Origin: Macrostomum lignano
Lineage: Eukaryota
Direction: 5' to 3'
Assembly: GCA_002269645.1 (NCBI GenBank)
Contig: NIVC01001829.1
Coordinates: 1-64,000, forward strand
Length of the DNA: 64,000 bases
The number at the start of each line of letters is the position of its first letter. The first letter of the stretch is position 1. Under the pieces are notes generated by a model, which saw only the letters and a program-made list of their open reading frames with translations, did no database searches and was not told where the DNA came from. The position numbers and the translations under genes are program-made. This document shows positions 24,188 through 37,660 of the stretch, one piece after another.

Positions 24188-26164
24188 GATTTTGCGTATA
24201 TTTGTTTAAGCTAGTCATTTATACTTAACAAGTATAGGGAGGTGTGAGATCGAACTGGCTGGCTGGGCAAAACTCCCCAGCAGCCAGACGTGCAGGGGCC
24301 TGTGTATTGGCGGGGTCCGCTCTCAGCCGTGCACCGATCTGGCCACAATACGGAAAAATAAGGTCTAAAATTACTATCGCTATCATTTGGTCTGTAGTCA
24401 AATCGTACCCATAGAGATTTCCTTTTAGTCTCTTCTGAATACTCGTACAAGTATTTAATGTGTTATATTTTTGTACGTACATGTAATCGTAATAATTTAC
24501 TACATGCATATGGCCTTCAAGAACAGATATTTAGTAATATTTAGAAATTCTCAGTTGGGGATCGTTGGTTTCCTTCAATAAAATTATGAACGCGTTTCAA
24601 TACATTGAATTAATTACTATATTCGTTTACGAAGTTAGTGAAGGGAAACTTCCAGAAATATTTTTTTTTAAAAAGCTTTAAATTGTTTGCGATATCAAAA
24701 AACTATATTGTTCCCAGTTAATGTTGTTTTTTGTTCAGCTTCAATGCAAAACTGCTATAGGCCCTGAAGCTATTGGCTAGAAATACAAGCCTCATCTTGC
24801 AAGGGGCCCAAAACCCTTGATATTTAGAAGTCTCTGGTTTCTAGCTAAAATTATTTATGCTATTTAAATATTTTTTCTCTTTTTCTAATAAACTCTTTTT
24901 TACATGGCACTTCAAAAATGTCTGCAATTTTACAAACGGACACCTGGCTTAAACTGAACGAGCCTGTATTTTCTTCCAATCATTTTACCAATCTAGAGGA
25001 AAAAATTTAGCTTTTGCAGGTTCCGTCTCGTTGGAATTCTTCCTTCTACGAGGGAAGAAAGAGACTAAAAGTAAAGGAATGGTTCGGGGCAGTAACAAAG
25101 AGTAAGGCCCCAGTACCATATACGCGATATTGAACAAAGAACAGGAAACCATATGCTCTCTCCAGGAGTGTTTTACGAGCGGGTTACTAAAGAGATATTT
25201 TACAGAGATAAAAGGCCGAATCCTTCCTTCTGTCTGTCTCTCTCTATATATATACTAAAGTTGACGCGTTGTTTGTCTGTCTGTATGTCTGTCTGTATGT
25301 CTGTCTGTCATTTCGACAACTCCTCCTTGAATAGTGCCAACTCAGCGTTGAAACTTATATGGGAAGATTGGAAATTATCCGAGGTCGGCTATAGGCTATT
25401 TTAATTCTGAAATTTTAATTTCTAAGATCCTCAAAAAAGCAGAAAACGGCGGTCTTGACCTTTGATAATCTTAATTGTCCCCTCTTTCTGCTTGGAGCTG
25501 AAAATTTGCATGAATTTCAAGTGATTGCGCCACAACTTTTCCCTATCTCTGCAGTGTATTTTCTCTCCAGTGGGGGGATGGGGCGTTCTAAATGGCTGCC
25601 TGTGTACAATCGGACCCTGGCTCACTGGCTGACTGTATAGATAATTGCGCAATGATATGGCTACTGATAAGTTTTCCTGCCTTTCAATGGGCAGCCCTGT
25701 GTATTTGTTGGACATTGAAATTCAATGCTTCAACTTGCAAGCAGGCAGTGAACGTACACTCGATACTTCAATGCTATAAATCAGACAGTTTCAAACGCTA
25801 ACTGTTCCTCGAGTTTTAAACTTTGAGAGGAGAAACTTATATTGCTGGAAAGATCTTGCAACGCTGAGTTCGGGATATAAGTTGTTTGCTTTAAATATGA
25901 AAAGAAAAAGCACAGCATTTGAAAAACTATTTCCATACTTTTAACTTTCTGCAAAGATTGTACTTTAATCTGCAAAGATTGTTGGGGGAGGGTTCAACTT
26001 CTCACTGCTGCTGTGTATTGGAGGGTCGATTTAGATTGCGCAATGTTTTTGTTAACTTTACCTGAGGCTGATACTGACTGACTGTGAAATCGGTTGCGCA
26101 ATGAATTGATTCAAATAGTTCAATATTTTTATCTGTGCCTTTTAACACAAAGTTGTGCGTAGTT

Positions 26165-26204
26165 CTAACCCTAACCCTAACCCTAACCCTAACCCTAACC
26201 CTAA
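26165..26204 (+). repeat. Telomere-like (CCCTAA)n block, unit 1
   Basis: (CTAACC)6 CTAA. Equivalent blocks lie at 28431-28454, 30641-30669, 33552-33569, 34589-34624, 37158-37185, 40183-40206 and 42542-42565. Confidence 0.95.
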
Positions 26205-26624
26205 TGAATCTGCCGAGTTGAGTTGTTTGACGGAAAAAATTCGATTAAGTCAAGTTTAGCGGAGACGATTTCAATGTTTAAATTCTGACGGAGAAGATTT
26301 CTGTTTCGTGGAGAGGATTTCGATGATGTTCAGTTTCACGAAAGGATTTCGATGATGTTCAGTTTCACGAAAGGATTTCCATGGTGTTCAGTTTCACGGA
26401 GAGGATTTCGATCATGTTCAGCTTCACGGAGAGGCTTTCTGTTTCGCGGAGATAATTTATGATTGATTTCTGTTTTATGGAAACAATTTTGATGGATTTA
26501 AGTTTCAAGGAGAGGATTTCGAAGGAGTCCAGTTTCACTGAGAGGATTTCGATGGTTTTTAGTTGCACAGACAGGATTTTTGCTTCGCGGAGAGGATCTT
26601 GATGGATTTGGCATCTTCAATCAG

Positions 26625-27330
26625 TCAGAGAAGAGAGTAAAGAGAAGACTGAAAAGAGAAGAGAGAAGAGATGCTAGAAAACAGAGTATAATTGAGTGGA
26701 GAGATTAGACATGACAGATTGGAGATGATAGGATAGAGAATAGATGAGGGATAAGAGCGTACAGAGGCAATAGAAGAGAGGGGAGAGTAGAGGAGAAAGA
26801 AAGAGTGAGATGAGGAGATGAGGGATGAGAGAGGAGGGGAGAGAGGAGACAGGAGAGAGTACAGACGAAAGACTAGGGAGAAGATATAAATAAGGTAGTA
26901 AAGATGAGAGGAGAGAGAGGAGAGAGAAGCGAAAGGAGAAGAGAGTGAGGAGAGAGGAGAGAGATGAAAGGAGCAAGGAAAGGAGAAAAGAGAGAATGGA
27001 GAGAATAGAAAAGAGAGAAGAGAAGAGACAGGGGATAGTGAAAAGGAGGAAGAAAGATGGGAGACAAGAAAGAAAGTAGGGTGTGAGAGCGTATATGAGA
27101 TATCAGAAATGAGAAGCAGATAGGAGAGAAAAGAGAAGAGAGAGAGGGTTAAGAGAGACGATAGATAAGTAAGGAGAAATGACATATGAGAGAGGAGAGA
27201 AGAGGGAGAGATAAGAGTGAAGAGAGGAGACAGAAGACAGGAGAAGGTACAGACGAAAGACGAGGGAGAAGAGATAAATAAGGGAGCAGGGGTAGAGATG
27301 AGATGAGAGAGAGGAGAGAGGAGATATGAG
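26625..27330. repeat. Purine-only tract of unit 1
   Basis: A/G-dominated + strand. Equivalents lie at ~28680-29520, 31065-32030, 34920-36070, 37845-38640, 40570-41390 and 43100-44110; absent from unit 4. Confidence 0.92.
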
Positions 27331-29745
27331 AGACTTGAGAGTCTTTAAACTATGGTCTTTGAAAGATTTTGTAAAGAATTTGGAGACGATTTGGAAGATA
27401 GGGTTAAAGACATGGAATTTCAGTTGATGGATATTTCAGGGAATAGAATTCCGGTGATGGGTGTTCTTCCCCTTTCTCCTCCGAAGGAGGAGTTCCACTC
27501 GTCTATCTATATATACTAAAGTTGACGCGTTGTTTGTCTGTCTGTATGTCTGTCTGTATGTCTGTCTGTCATTTCGACAACTCCTCCTTGAATAGTGCCA
27601 ACTCAGCGTTGAAACTTATATGGGAAGATTGGAAATTATCCGAGGTCGGCTATAGGCTATTTTAATTCTGAAATTTTAATTTCTAAGATCCTCAAAAAAG
27701 CAGAAAACTTGAATCTTGACCTTTGATAATCTTAATTGTCCCCTCTTTCTGCTTGGAGCTGAAAAAATGCACGAATTTTTAGTGATTGCGCCACAACTTT
27801 TCCCTATCTCTGTAGTGTATTTTCTTTCCAGTGGGGGTTGGGAGCGTTCTCAGTGGCTGCGTGTGTACACTTGGACCCTGGCTCACTGGCTGACTGTATA
27901 GATAATTGCGCAATGATATGGCTACTGATAAGTTTTCCTGCCTTTCAATGGGCAGCCCTGTGTATTTGTTGGACATTGAAATTCAATGCATCAACTTGCA
28001 AGCAGGCAGTCAACGTACACTCGATACTTCAATGCAATAAATCAGACAGTTTTAAACGCTAACTGTTCCTCGAGTTTTAAACTTTGATAGGAGAAACTGA
28101 TATTGCTGGAAAGATCTTGCAACGCTGAGTTCGGGGATATAAGTTGTTTGCTTTAAATATGAAAAGAAAAAGCACAGCATTTGAAAAACTATTTCCATAC
28201 TTTTAACTTGCTGCAAAGATTGTACTCAGTTTTGCGAGACGTAATAGATAAAGCTGGGGGGAGGGTTCAACTTCTCACTGCTGCTGTGTATTGGAGGGTT
28301 GATTTAGATTGCGCAATGCTTTTGTTAACTTTAACTGAGACTGATACTGACTGACTGTGAAATCGGTTGCGCAATGAATTGATTCAATTAGTTCAATCAG
28401 TTGTCTTTTAACACGATGCTGTGCGTAGTTCTAACCCTAACCCTAACCCTAACCAATGAATCCGGAGAGTTAAGTTGTTTGACGGAAAAAATTCGATTAA
28501 GTCCAGTTTAGCGGAGACGATTTCAATGTTTTAATTTTGACGGAGAGGATTTCTGTTTCGTGGAGAGGATTTCGATGGTGTTCAGTTTCACGGAGAGGAT
28601 TTCGATGGTTTTCAGTTGTACGGACAGGATTTTTCTGCTTCGCGGAGAGGATCTTGATGGATTTGGCATCTTCAATTAGTCAGAGAAGAGAGTAAAGAGA
28701 AGAATGAAAAGAGAAGAGAGATGAGATGATAGAAAACAGAGTAGAAATGAGTGGAGAGATTAGACATGACAGATGGGAGAGAAGAGGGGAGTAAGGCGGG
28801 AACGAAGGAGAGAGAAGAGAAGAGGAGAGAGGAGATGAAGGAAGAGGATATGAGAGAGAAGATATGAGATAGAAGAGAGGAGACAGGACAGAGAAGAAAA
28901 GAGGGATAAGAGCGCACAGAGGCAATAGAAGAGAGGAAAGAGAGGAGAGAGGTGAGAGTTGAGAGGAGAGAGATGAAAGATCAGAGATCAGAGATTTGAG
29001 AGAAGAAAGTAGTGAGGAGAAAGAAGAGGGTAAAGATGAGAGTGCAGAGAGGAGAGAAACGAGAGGAGACAGGTGGTAGAAAGGAGTGTAAAAACAGGAG
29101 ATAAGAAAGGAGAGAGTGAGAGTGAGAGCATATAGGAAAGTGTAAAAGGGGAGCAGAGGAGAGAGAATAGATAAGTGAGTAGAGAAGAGATATGAGAGAG
29201 GAGAGACGAGGGGAGAGAGGAGACAGGAGAGAGTAAATTTGAAAGACCTGGGAGAAGAGATAAATAAGATAGTACAGATGAGAGGAGAGAGATGAGAGAT
29301 GCAAATAGAAAAGAGATAAGTGAGAAAAGAGAGAGAGAGAGATTTGAGAAGAGAGGGGAAAAGATGAGAGGAGAAAGGAAAGGGGAGAAGAAAAAATGGA
29401 GAGGAGAGAAAAGAAAGGTGACAAGAGACGGTAGTAAGGAGGGCAGAAAGATGGAAGATAAGAAAGGAGAGGGTGATATGAAAGATATGAGATATGAGAA
29501 ATGAGAGCAGAGACATGAGAGTCCGAGTCTGGACAATGCCAGTGAGTTTTTGCAAATAGGGAAAACAAGATATCCGGTAATTGAAATGCATTGTAGAGGA
29601 TTTGGAGATGATTTGGAAGATGGGATTCAAGTCATGGAATTTCAGCTGATGGGAGTTCTTCCCCTTCAGAATTCCAGTGATGGGAGTTCTTCCCCTTTCT
29701 CCTCCAGAGGAGGAGTTCCACTCGTATATACTAAAGTTGACGCGT

Positions 29746-29777
<32 letters not shown>

Positions 29778-32700
29778 ATTTCGACAACTCCTCCTTGAAT
29801 AGTGGCAACTCAGCGTTGAAACTTATATGGGAAGATTGGAAATTATCCGAGGTCGGCTATAGGCTATTTTAATTCTGAAATTTTAATTTCTAAGATCCTC
29901 AAAAAAGCAGAAAACGGCGGTCTTGACCTTTGATAATCTTAATTGTCCCTCTTTCTGCTTGGAGCTGAAAATTTGCATGAATTTCAAGTGATTGCGCCAC
30001 AACTTTTCCCTATCTCTGCAGTGTATTTTCTCTCCAGTGGGGGGATGGGGCGTTCTAAATGGCTGCCTGTGTACAATCGGACCCTGGCTCACTGGCTGAC
30101 TGTATAGACAATTGCGCAAAGATTTGTGTTCTAATTTTCAATAGGCAGCCCTGTGATTTTGTTGAACCTTGAAATTCAATGCATAAACTTGCGGGCCTCT
30201 TTAGCAGGCAGTGAACGTACAATTGATATTTCAATGCTTTAAATCAGAAAGTTTCAAGCGCAAACTGTTGCTCGAGTTTTTAACTTTGAGAGAAAAAATT
30301 AATATTGCTGGAAAGAACTTGCAAAGCTGATTTCAGGGATATAAATTGTTTGCTTTAAATATGAAAAGAAAAAGCACAGCATTGAAAAAACTATTTCCAT
30401 ACTTTTAACTTTCTGCAAAAATTGTACTCAGTTTTGCGAGACGTAATAGATAAAGTTGGGGGGAGAGTTCAACTTCTCACTGCTGCTGTGTATTGGAGGG
30501 TTGATTTAGATTGCGCAATGTTTTTGTTAACTTTACCTGAGGCTGATACTGACTGACTGTGAAATCGGTTGCGCAATGAATTGATTCAATTAGTTCAATA
30601 TTTTTATCAGCGCCTTTTAACACGAAGCTGTGCGTAGTTTTAACCCTAACCCTAACCCTAACCCTAACCAATGAATCCGGAGTTGAGTTGTTTGACGGAA
30701 AAAAATTGATTGAGTCCAGTTTAGCGGAGACGATTTCAATGTTTTAATTTGACAGAGAGGATTTCTGTTTCGTGGAGAGGATTTCGATGATGTTCAGTTT
30801 CACGAAGAGAGGATTTCGATGATGTTCAGTTTCACGAAGAGAGGATTTCGATGATGTTCAGCTTCACGGAGAGGATTTCTGTTTCGCGGAGATAATTTAT
30901 AATTGATTTCTGTTTTATGAAGACCATTTTGATGGATTTAAGTTTTAATGAGAGGATTTCGAAGGAGTCCAGTTTTACGGAGAGGATTTCGATGGTTTTC
31001 AGTTGCACAGACAAGATTTCTGCTTCGCAGAGAGGATCTTGATGGATTTGGCATCTTCAATCAGTCAGAGAAGAGAGTAAAGAGAAGAATGAAAAGAGAA
31101 GAGCGATGACATGATAGAAAACAGAGTAGAAATGAATGGAGAGATTAGACATGACAGATGGGAGAGAAGAGGTGAGTAAGGCGGGAACGAAGGAGAGAGA
31201 AGAGAAGAGGAGAGAGGAGATGAGAGGGGAGATATGAGATAGCAAAGGGAGACAAGAGAGATAATAGGAGAGAGAATAGATGAGGGATAAGAGCGTACAG
31301 AGGAAATAGAAGAGAGGGGAGAGTAGAGGAGAAAGAAAGAGTGAGATGAGGGATGAGAGATGAGAGAGGAAAGGAGAGAGAAGAGAAGAGAAAAGAGGGG
31401 AGAAAGGAGACAGGAGAGAGAGCAGACGAAAGACCAGGGAGAAGATATAAATAAGGTAGTAGAGATGAGAGGAGAGAGAGGAGAGAGAAGCGAAAGGAGA
31501 AGAGAGTGAGGAGAGAGGAGAGAGATGAAAGATCAGAGATGAGAGAGTTAAGAGAGGAAAGTAGTGAGGAGAGGAGAGATAAGAGATGCGATGAGAAGAG
31601 ATGCGTGAGAACATAAGAGAGAAGAGATTAGAGATTAGAGAAGAGAGGGGAGAAGATCAAAGGAGCAAGGAGAGGAGAAAAGAGAGAATGGAGAGGATAT
31701 AAAAGAGAGAAGAGAAGAGACAGGGGATAGTGGAAAGAAGGAAAGAAAGATGGGAGACAAGAAAGTAGAGTGTGAGAGCGTATATGAGATATGATAAATG
31801 AGAGCTGAGAGAAGAGAAAAGAGAAGAGACAGAGAGGGTTAAGAGAGACGATAGATAAGTGAGTAGAGATGACATATGAGAGAGGAGAGAAGAGGGAGAG
31901 ATATGAGAGAAGAGACGGGACAAGAGACAGGAGAGGGTACAGACGAAAGACGAGGGAGAAGAGATAAATAAGGGAGCAGGGGTAGAGATGAGATGAGAGA
32001 GAGGAGAGAGGAGATATGAGAGACTTGAGAGTCTTTGAGCTATGGTCTTTGAAAGATTTTGTAAAGAATTTGGAGACGATTTGGAAGATAGGGTTAAAGA
32101 CATGGAATTTCAGTTGATGGATATTTCAGGAAATGGAATTCCGGTGATGGGAGTTCTTCCCCTTTCTCCTCCGAAGGAGGAGTTCCACTCGTAAATACTA
32201 AAGTTGGTGCGATGTTTGTCTGTTTGTCTGTTTGTCCGTTTGTTGCATAACTCCTCCTAGAATACTTGCAAGTCAGCTTTGAAACTTATATGGGAAAACG
32301 GCAAATTTTCCGAGGATGGCTTTAGGCTATTTTAATCTTTCATTTTTACGTTTTAAGATCCCTAAAAAAGCAGAAAACGGCGGTCTTGACCTTTGATAAT
32401 CTTAATTGTCCCCTCTTTCTGCTTGGAGCTGAAAATTTGCATGAATTTTAGTGATTGCGCCATAAAATTTTGCTATCTTGGCAGTGTATTTTCTCTCCAG
32501 TGGGGGGATGGTCGCCTTCTCAGTGGCGGCGTGTGTACACTTTTACCTTGGAGCACGGGCTGACTGACTGTATAGAAAATTGCGCAACGATATATGTTCT
32601 GATTTTCAATAGGCAGCCCTGTGTATTTATTTGTTGGACAGTGAATTCAATTTGAATAAACTTGCGAGCATCTTTAGCACGCACTGAACGTACACTCGAT

Positions 32701-35021
32701 GGTTCAATGCTTTAAATCGGGAAATTTCAAACGCTAACTGTTCCTCGAGTTTTTAACTTTATTGCTGACTTATATTGCTGGAAAGATCTTTCAATGCTGA
32801 GTTCGGGGATATAAGTTGCTTGCTTTAAATAAGAAAACTGAAAGCACTGCATTCCATAAAAGATTTCCATACTTTTAACTTTCTGCAAAGAGTGTACTCA
32901 TTTTGGATTGAATGGGGGTTCGACCGACCCCCCAACAGTTGGGGGGGGGGTTCAATTTCTAACCGCCACTGCGTATTGCAAGGGGTCAGCCTCTGAGCTT
33001 TGGAGGGTTGATTTAGTTTGCGTAATAATTTTAACTGAGACTGATACTGACTGACGGAGAAATGAATTGCGCCATCAATTTGTTTTATTATTTGTGCCAG
33101 CAGGCAGTAGTGAACGTACACTCGATATTTCAATGCTTTAAAACGGGAACTTTCAAACGCTAAATTCTCTTTGAGTATTAAACTTTGAGAGGAGAGACTT
33201 ATATTGCTGAAAAGAGCTTGCAACGCTGAGTTCGGGTATAAAAAATTGTTTGCTTTAAAGTAGAAAAATTAAGGCGGAGCAATGGAAAAAGTTTTTCATA
33301 CTTTTTACTGTCGGCAAAGATTTTATTCATTTTAGGGGTTCATGGGGGTTCCGGGGGTTGGTTTCATCTTCTAACTGCCACTGAGTATTGGAGGGGGTCG
33401 GTCGCTGTGTATTGGAGGGTTGATTTACAATAGATTGCGCAATCTTTTTGCTAACTTTATACTGACTGCCTGAGAAATCGGTTGCGCAATCAATTGATTC
33501 AATTAGTTCAATATTTTATTGGCGCCTTTCAACCCGCTGCTGTGTGTAGCTCTAACCCTAACCCTAACCAATGAATTCTGAGAGTTGAGTTTAGCTGATG
33601 GAGTTCAGGGAATGGAATTCCGGTGATGGGAGTTCTTCCCCTTTCTCCTCCGAAGGAGGAGTTTCACTCGTATATACTAAAGTTGACGCGTTGTTTGTCT
33701 GTCTGTGTCTGTCATTTCGACAACTCCTCTTTGAATAGTGGCAAATCAGCGTTGAAACTTATATGGGAAGATTGGAAATTATCCGAGGTCGGCTATAGGC
33801 TATTTTAATTCTGAAATTTTAATTTCTAAGATCCTCAAAAAAGCAGAAAACTTGAATCTTGACCTTTGATAATCTTAATTGTCCCCTCTTTCTGCTTGGA
33901 GCTGAAAAAATGCATGAATTTTTAGTGATTGCGCCAAAACTTTTCCCTATCTCTGTAGTGTATTTTCTTTCCAGTGGGGGTTGGGAGCGTTCTCAGTGGC
34001 TGCGTGTGTACACTTGGACCCTGGCTCACTGGCTGACTGTATAGACAATTGCGCAATGATATGGCTACTGATAAGTTTTCCTGCCTTTCAATGGGCAGTC
34101 CTGTGTATTTGTTGGACATTGAAATTCAATGCATCAACTTGCAAGCAGGCAGTGAACGTACACTCGATACTTCAATGCTATAAATCAGACAGTTTTAAAC
34201 GCTAACTGTTCCTCGAGTTTTAAACTTTGATAAGAGAAACTGATATTGCTGGAAAGATCTTGCAACGCTGAGTTCGGGGATATAAGTTGTTTGCTTTAAA
34301 TATGAAAAGAAAAAGCACAGCATTTGAAAAAGTATTTCCATACTTTTAACTTTCTGCAAAAATTGTACTCAGTTTTGCGAGACGTAATAGACAAAGTTGG
34401 GGGAAGGGTTCAACTTCTCACTGCTGCTGTGTATTGGAGGGTTGATTTAGATTGCGCAATGTTTTTGTTAACTTTAACTGAGACTGATACTGACTGACTG
34501 TGAAATCGGTTGCGCAATGAATTGATTCAATTATTGCAATAGTTCAATATTTTTATCAGTGCCTTTTAACACGAAGCTGTGTGTAGTTCTAACCCTAACC
34601 CTAACCCTAACCCTAACCCTAACCAATGAATCCGGAGAGTTAAGTTGTTTGACGAAAAAAAAAAATTGATTGAGTCCAGTTAGCGGAGACGATTTCAATG
34701 TTTTAATTTTGACGGAGGATTTCTGTTTCGTGGAGAGGATTTCGATGGTGTTCAGTTTCACGGAGAGTATTTCTGTTTCGCGGAGATAATTTATGATTGA
34801 TTTCTGTTTTATGGAGACGATTTTAATGGATTTAAGTTTCAAGGAGAGGATTTCGATGGTTTTCAGTTGCACGGACTGCTTTGTGGAGAGGATCTTGATG
34901 AATTTGGCATCTTCAATCAGTCAGAGAAGAGAGTAAAGAGAAGAATGAAAAGAGAAGAGAGATGAGATGATAGAAAACAGAGTAGAAATGAGTGGAGAGA
35001 TTAGACATGACAGATGGGAGA

Positions 35022-35082
35022 CTTAGCTGCAGGGCTGTCCCGGGGGGACACAGCGGGAAGGCGCGAATGCCCATTCCGCTAA
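35022..35082 (-). mobile_element. 61-bp insertion with 12-bp target-site duplication (likely an extremely 5'-truncated retroposon)
   Basis: acagatgggaga at 35010-35021 and 35083-35094; the insert is absent from the other units. Confidence 0.65.
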
Positions 35083-37439
35083 ACAGATGGGAGAGAAGAG
35101 GGGAGTAAGGCCGGAACAAAGGAGGGAGAAGAGAAAAGGAGATAGGAGATGAGAGGGGGGATATGAGATAACAGAGGGAGACAAGAGAGATGATAGGATA
35201 GAGAATAGATGAGGGATAAGAGCGTACAGAGGAAATAGAAGAGAGGGGAAAGTAGAGGAGAAAGAAAGAGTGAGATGAAGGATGAGAGATGAGAGAGGAG
35301 GGGAGAGAGAAGAGAGGAGAAAAGAGGGGAGGAAGGAGACAGGAGAGAGTAGAGACGAAAGATCAGGGAGAAGATATAAATAAGGTAGTAGAGATGAGAG
35401 GAGAGAGAGGAGAGAGAAGCGAGAGGAGAAGAGAGAGAGGAGAGAGGAGAGAGATGAAAGATCAGAGATGAGAGAGTTAAGAGAGGAAAGTAGGGAGGAG
35501 AGGAGGGATGAGAGATGCGATGAGAAGAGATGAGTGAGGACATAACAGAGAAGAGATTAGAGATTAGAGAAGAGAGGGGAGAAGATGAAAGGAGCAAGGA
35601 GAGGAGAGAAGAGAGGGGAGAAGATGAAAGGAGCAAGGAGAGGAGAGAAGAGAGAATGGAGAGGATAGAAAAGAGAGAAGAGAAGAGACAGGGGATAGTG
35701 GAAAGGAGGAAATAAGGATGGGAGACAAGAAAGAAAGTAGAGTGTGAGAGCGTATATGAGATATGAAAAATGAGAGCAGAGAGGAGAGAAAAGAGAAGAG
35801 AGAGAGGGTTAAGAGAGACGATAGACAAGTGAGTAGAGATGACATGAGAGAGAAGAGAAGAGGAAGAGATAAGAGCGAAGAGAGGATACAGGAGACAGAA
35901 GTGAAGAGGAGAGATATGAGAGAAGAGAGGAGACAAGAGACAGGAGAAGGTACAGACGAAAGACAAGAGAGAAGAGATAAATAAGGAGTAGGGGTAGAGA
36001 TGAGATGAGAGAGAGGAGAGAGAAGAGAGTCACGATAATAGCAAAGAGAGGAGAGAGGAGATATCAGAGACGTGAGAGTCTTTGAGCCATGGTCTTTGAA
36101 GGGTTTTGTAAAGAATTTGGAGACGATTGGGAAAATAGGGTTCAAGAAATGCAATTTCAGTTGATGGATATTTCAGGGAATGGAATTCCGGTGATGGGAG
36201 TTCTTCCCCTTTCTCCTCCGAAGGAGGAGTTCCATCTATATATACTAAAGTTGACGCGTTGTTTGTCTGTCTGTCATTTCGACAACTCCTCCTTGAATAG
36301 TGGCAACTCAGCGTTGAAACTTATATGGGAAGATTGGAAATTATCCGAGGTCGGCTATAGGCTATTTTAATTCTGAAATTTTAATTTCTAAGATCCTCAA
36401 AAAAGCAGAAAACTGCTTTTTTGACCCCCAATAACCTTCTTTTGCCACTCTGCCGGTTGCTTCAGCCAGTTTGTAAAAATAGCCACCCCAACCTCCGCCC
36501 GCGGGCCGCTGTGTATTGAGGGGTGGTGGGTGCGCGTGTTCTGCGTTCAATGCAAATAAAACCCCCTGCGTGTTGGGGGGTTGAGTTGAATTTAATGATT
36601 CCCCCGGAACGGGGGGGTTGGGCTTGGACTGAGTGTACATAGCTGTTTTAAACAGATAGAACTGTGCCGAGATTCAATTGGTTTTATTATCGGCCCTGTG
36701 TATTAGCTGGGCAGTGAATTTCAATGAATAAACTTGCGAGCATCTCTAGCAAGAAGTCGGGAAATCGGTAAATTTCAAACGCTAACTGTTCCTCGAGTTT
36801 TAAACTTTTAGAGGAGAAACTTATATTGCTGGAAAGATCTTGCAACGCAGAGTTTGAGGATATAAGTTGTTTGCTTTAAATATGAAAAGAAAAAGCACAG
36901 CATTTGAAAAACTATTTCCACACTTTTAACTTTCTGCAAAGATTGCACTCAGTTTTGCGAGACGTAATGGATAAAGTTGGGGGAGGGTTCAACTTTTCAC
37001 TGCTGCTGTGTATTGGAGGGTTGATTTAGATTGCGCAATGTTTTTGTTAACTTTAACTGAGACTGATACTGACTGACTATGAAATCGGTTGCGCAATGAA
37101 TTGATTCAATTAGTTCAATATTTTTATCAGTGCCTTAACAGAAAGCTGTGCGTAGTTCTAACCCTAACCCTAACCCTAACCCTAAGCAATGAATCCGGAG
37201 AGTTGAGTTGTTTGACGGAAAAAAATTCTATTGAGTCCAGTTTAGCGGAGATGATTTCAATGTTTTAATTTTGACGGAGAGGATTTCTGTATCGTGGAGA
37301 GGATTTCGATGGTGTTCAGTTTCATGAAGAGAGGATTTCGATGATGTTCAGCTTCACGGAGAGGCTTTCTGTTTCGCGGAGATAATTTATGATTGATTTC
37401 TGTTTTATGGAGACGATTTTGATGGATTTAAGTTTCAAT

Positions 37440-37660
37440 GAGAGGATTCGAAGGAGTCCAGTTTCACGGAGAGGATTTCGATGGTTTTCAGTTTCGTGGA
37501 GAGGATTTCGATGGTGTTCAGTTTCGTGGAGAGGATTTCAATGATGTTCAGTTTCGTGGAAAGGATTTCGATGATGTTCAGTTTCGTGGAAAGGATTTCG
37601 ATGGTGTTCAGTTTCGTGGAAAGGATTTCGATGATGTTCAGTTTCACGGAGAGGATTTCT
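37440..37660. repeat. Expanded 30-bp internal minisatellite in unit 6
   Basis: ttcagtttc(g/a)(t/c)gga(g/a)aggatttcgatg(a/g)tg repeated ~7 times; 1-3 copies at the same place in most other units. Confidence 0.9.
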
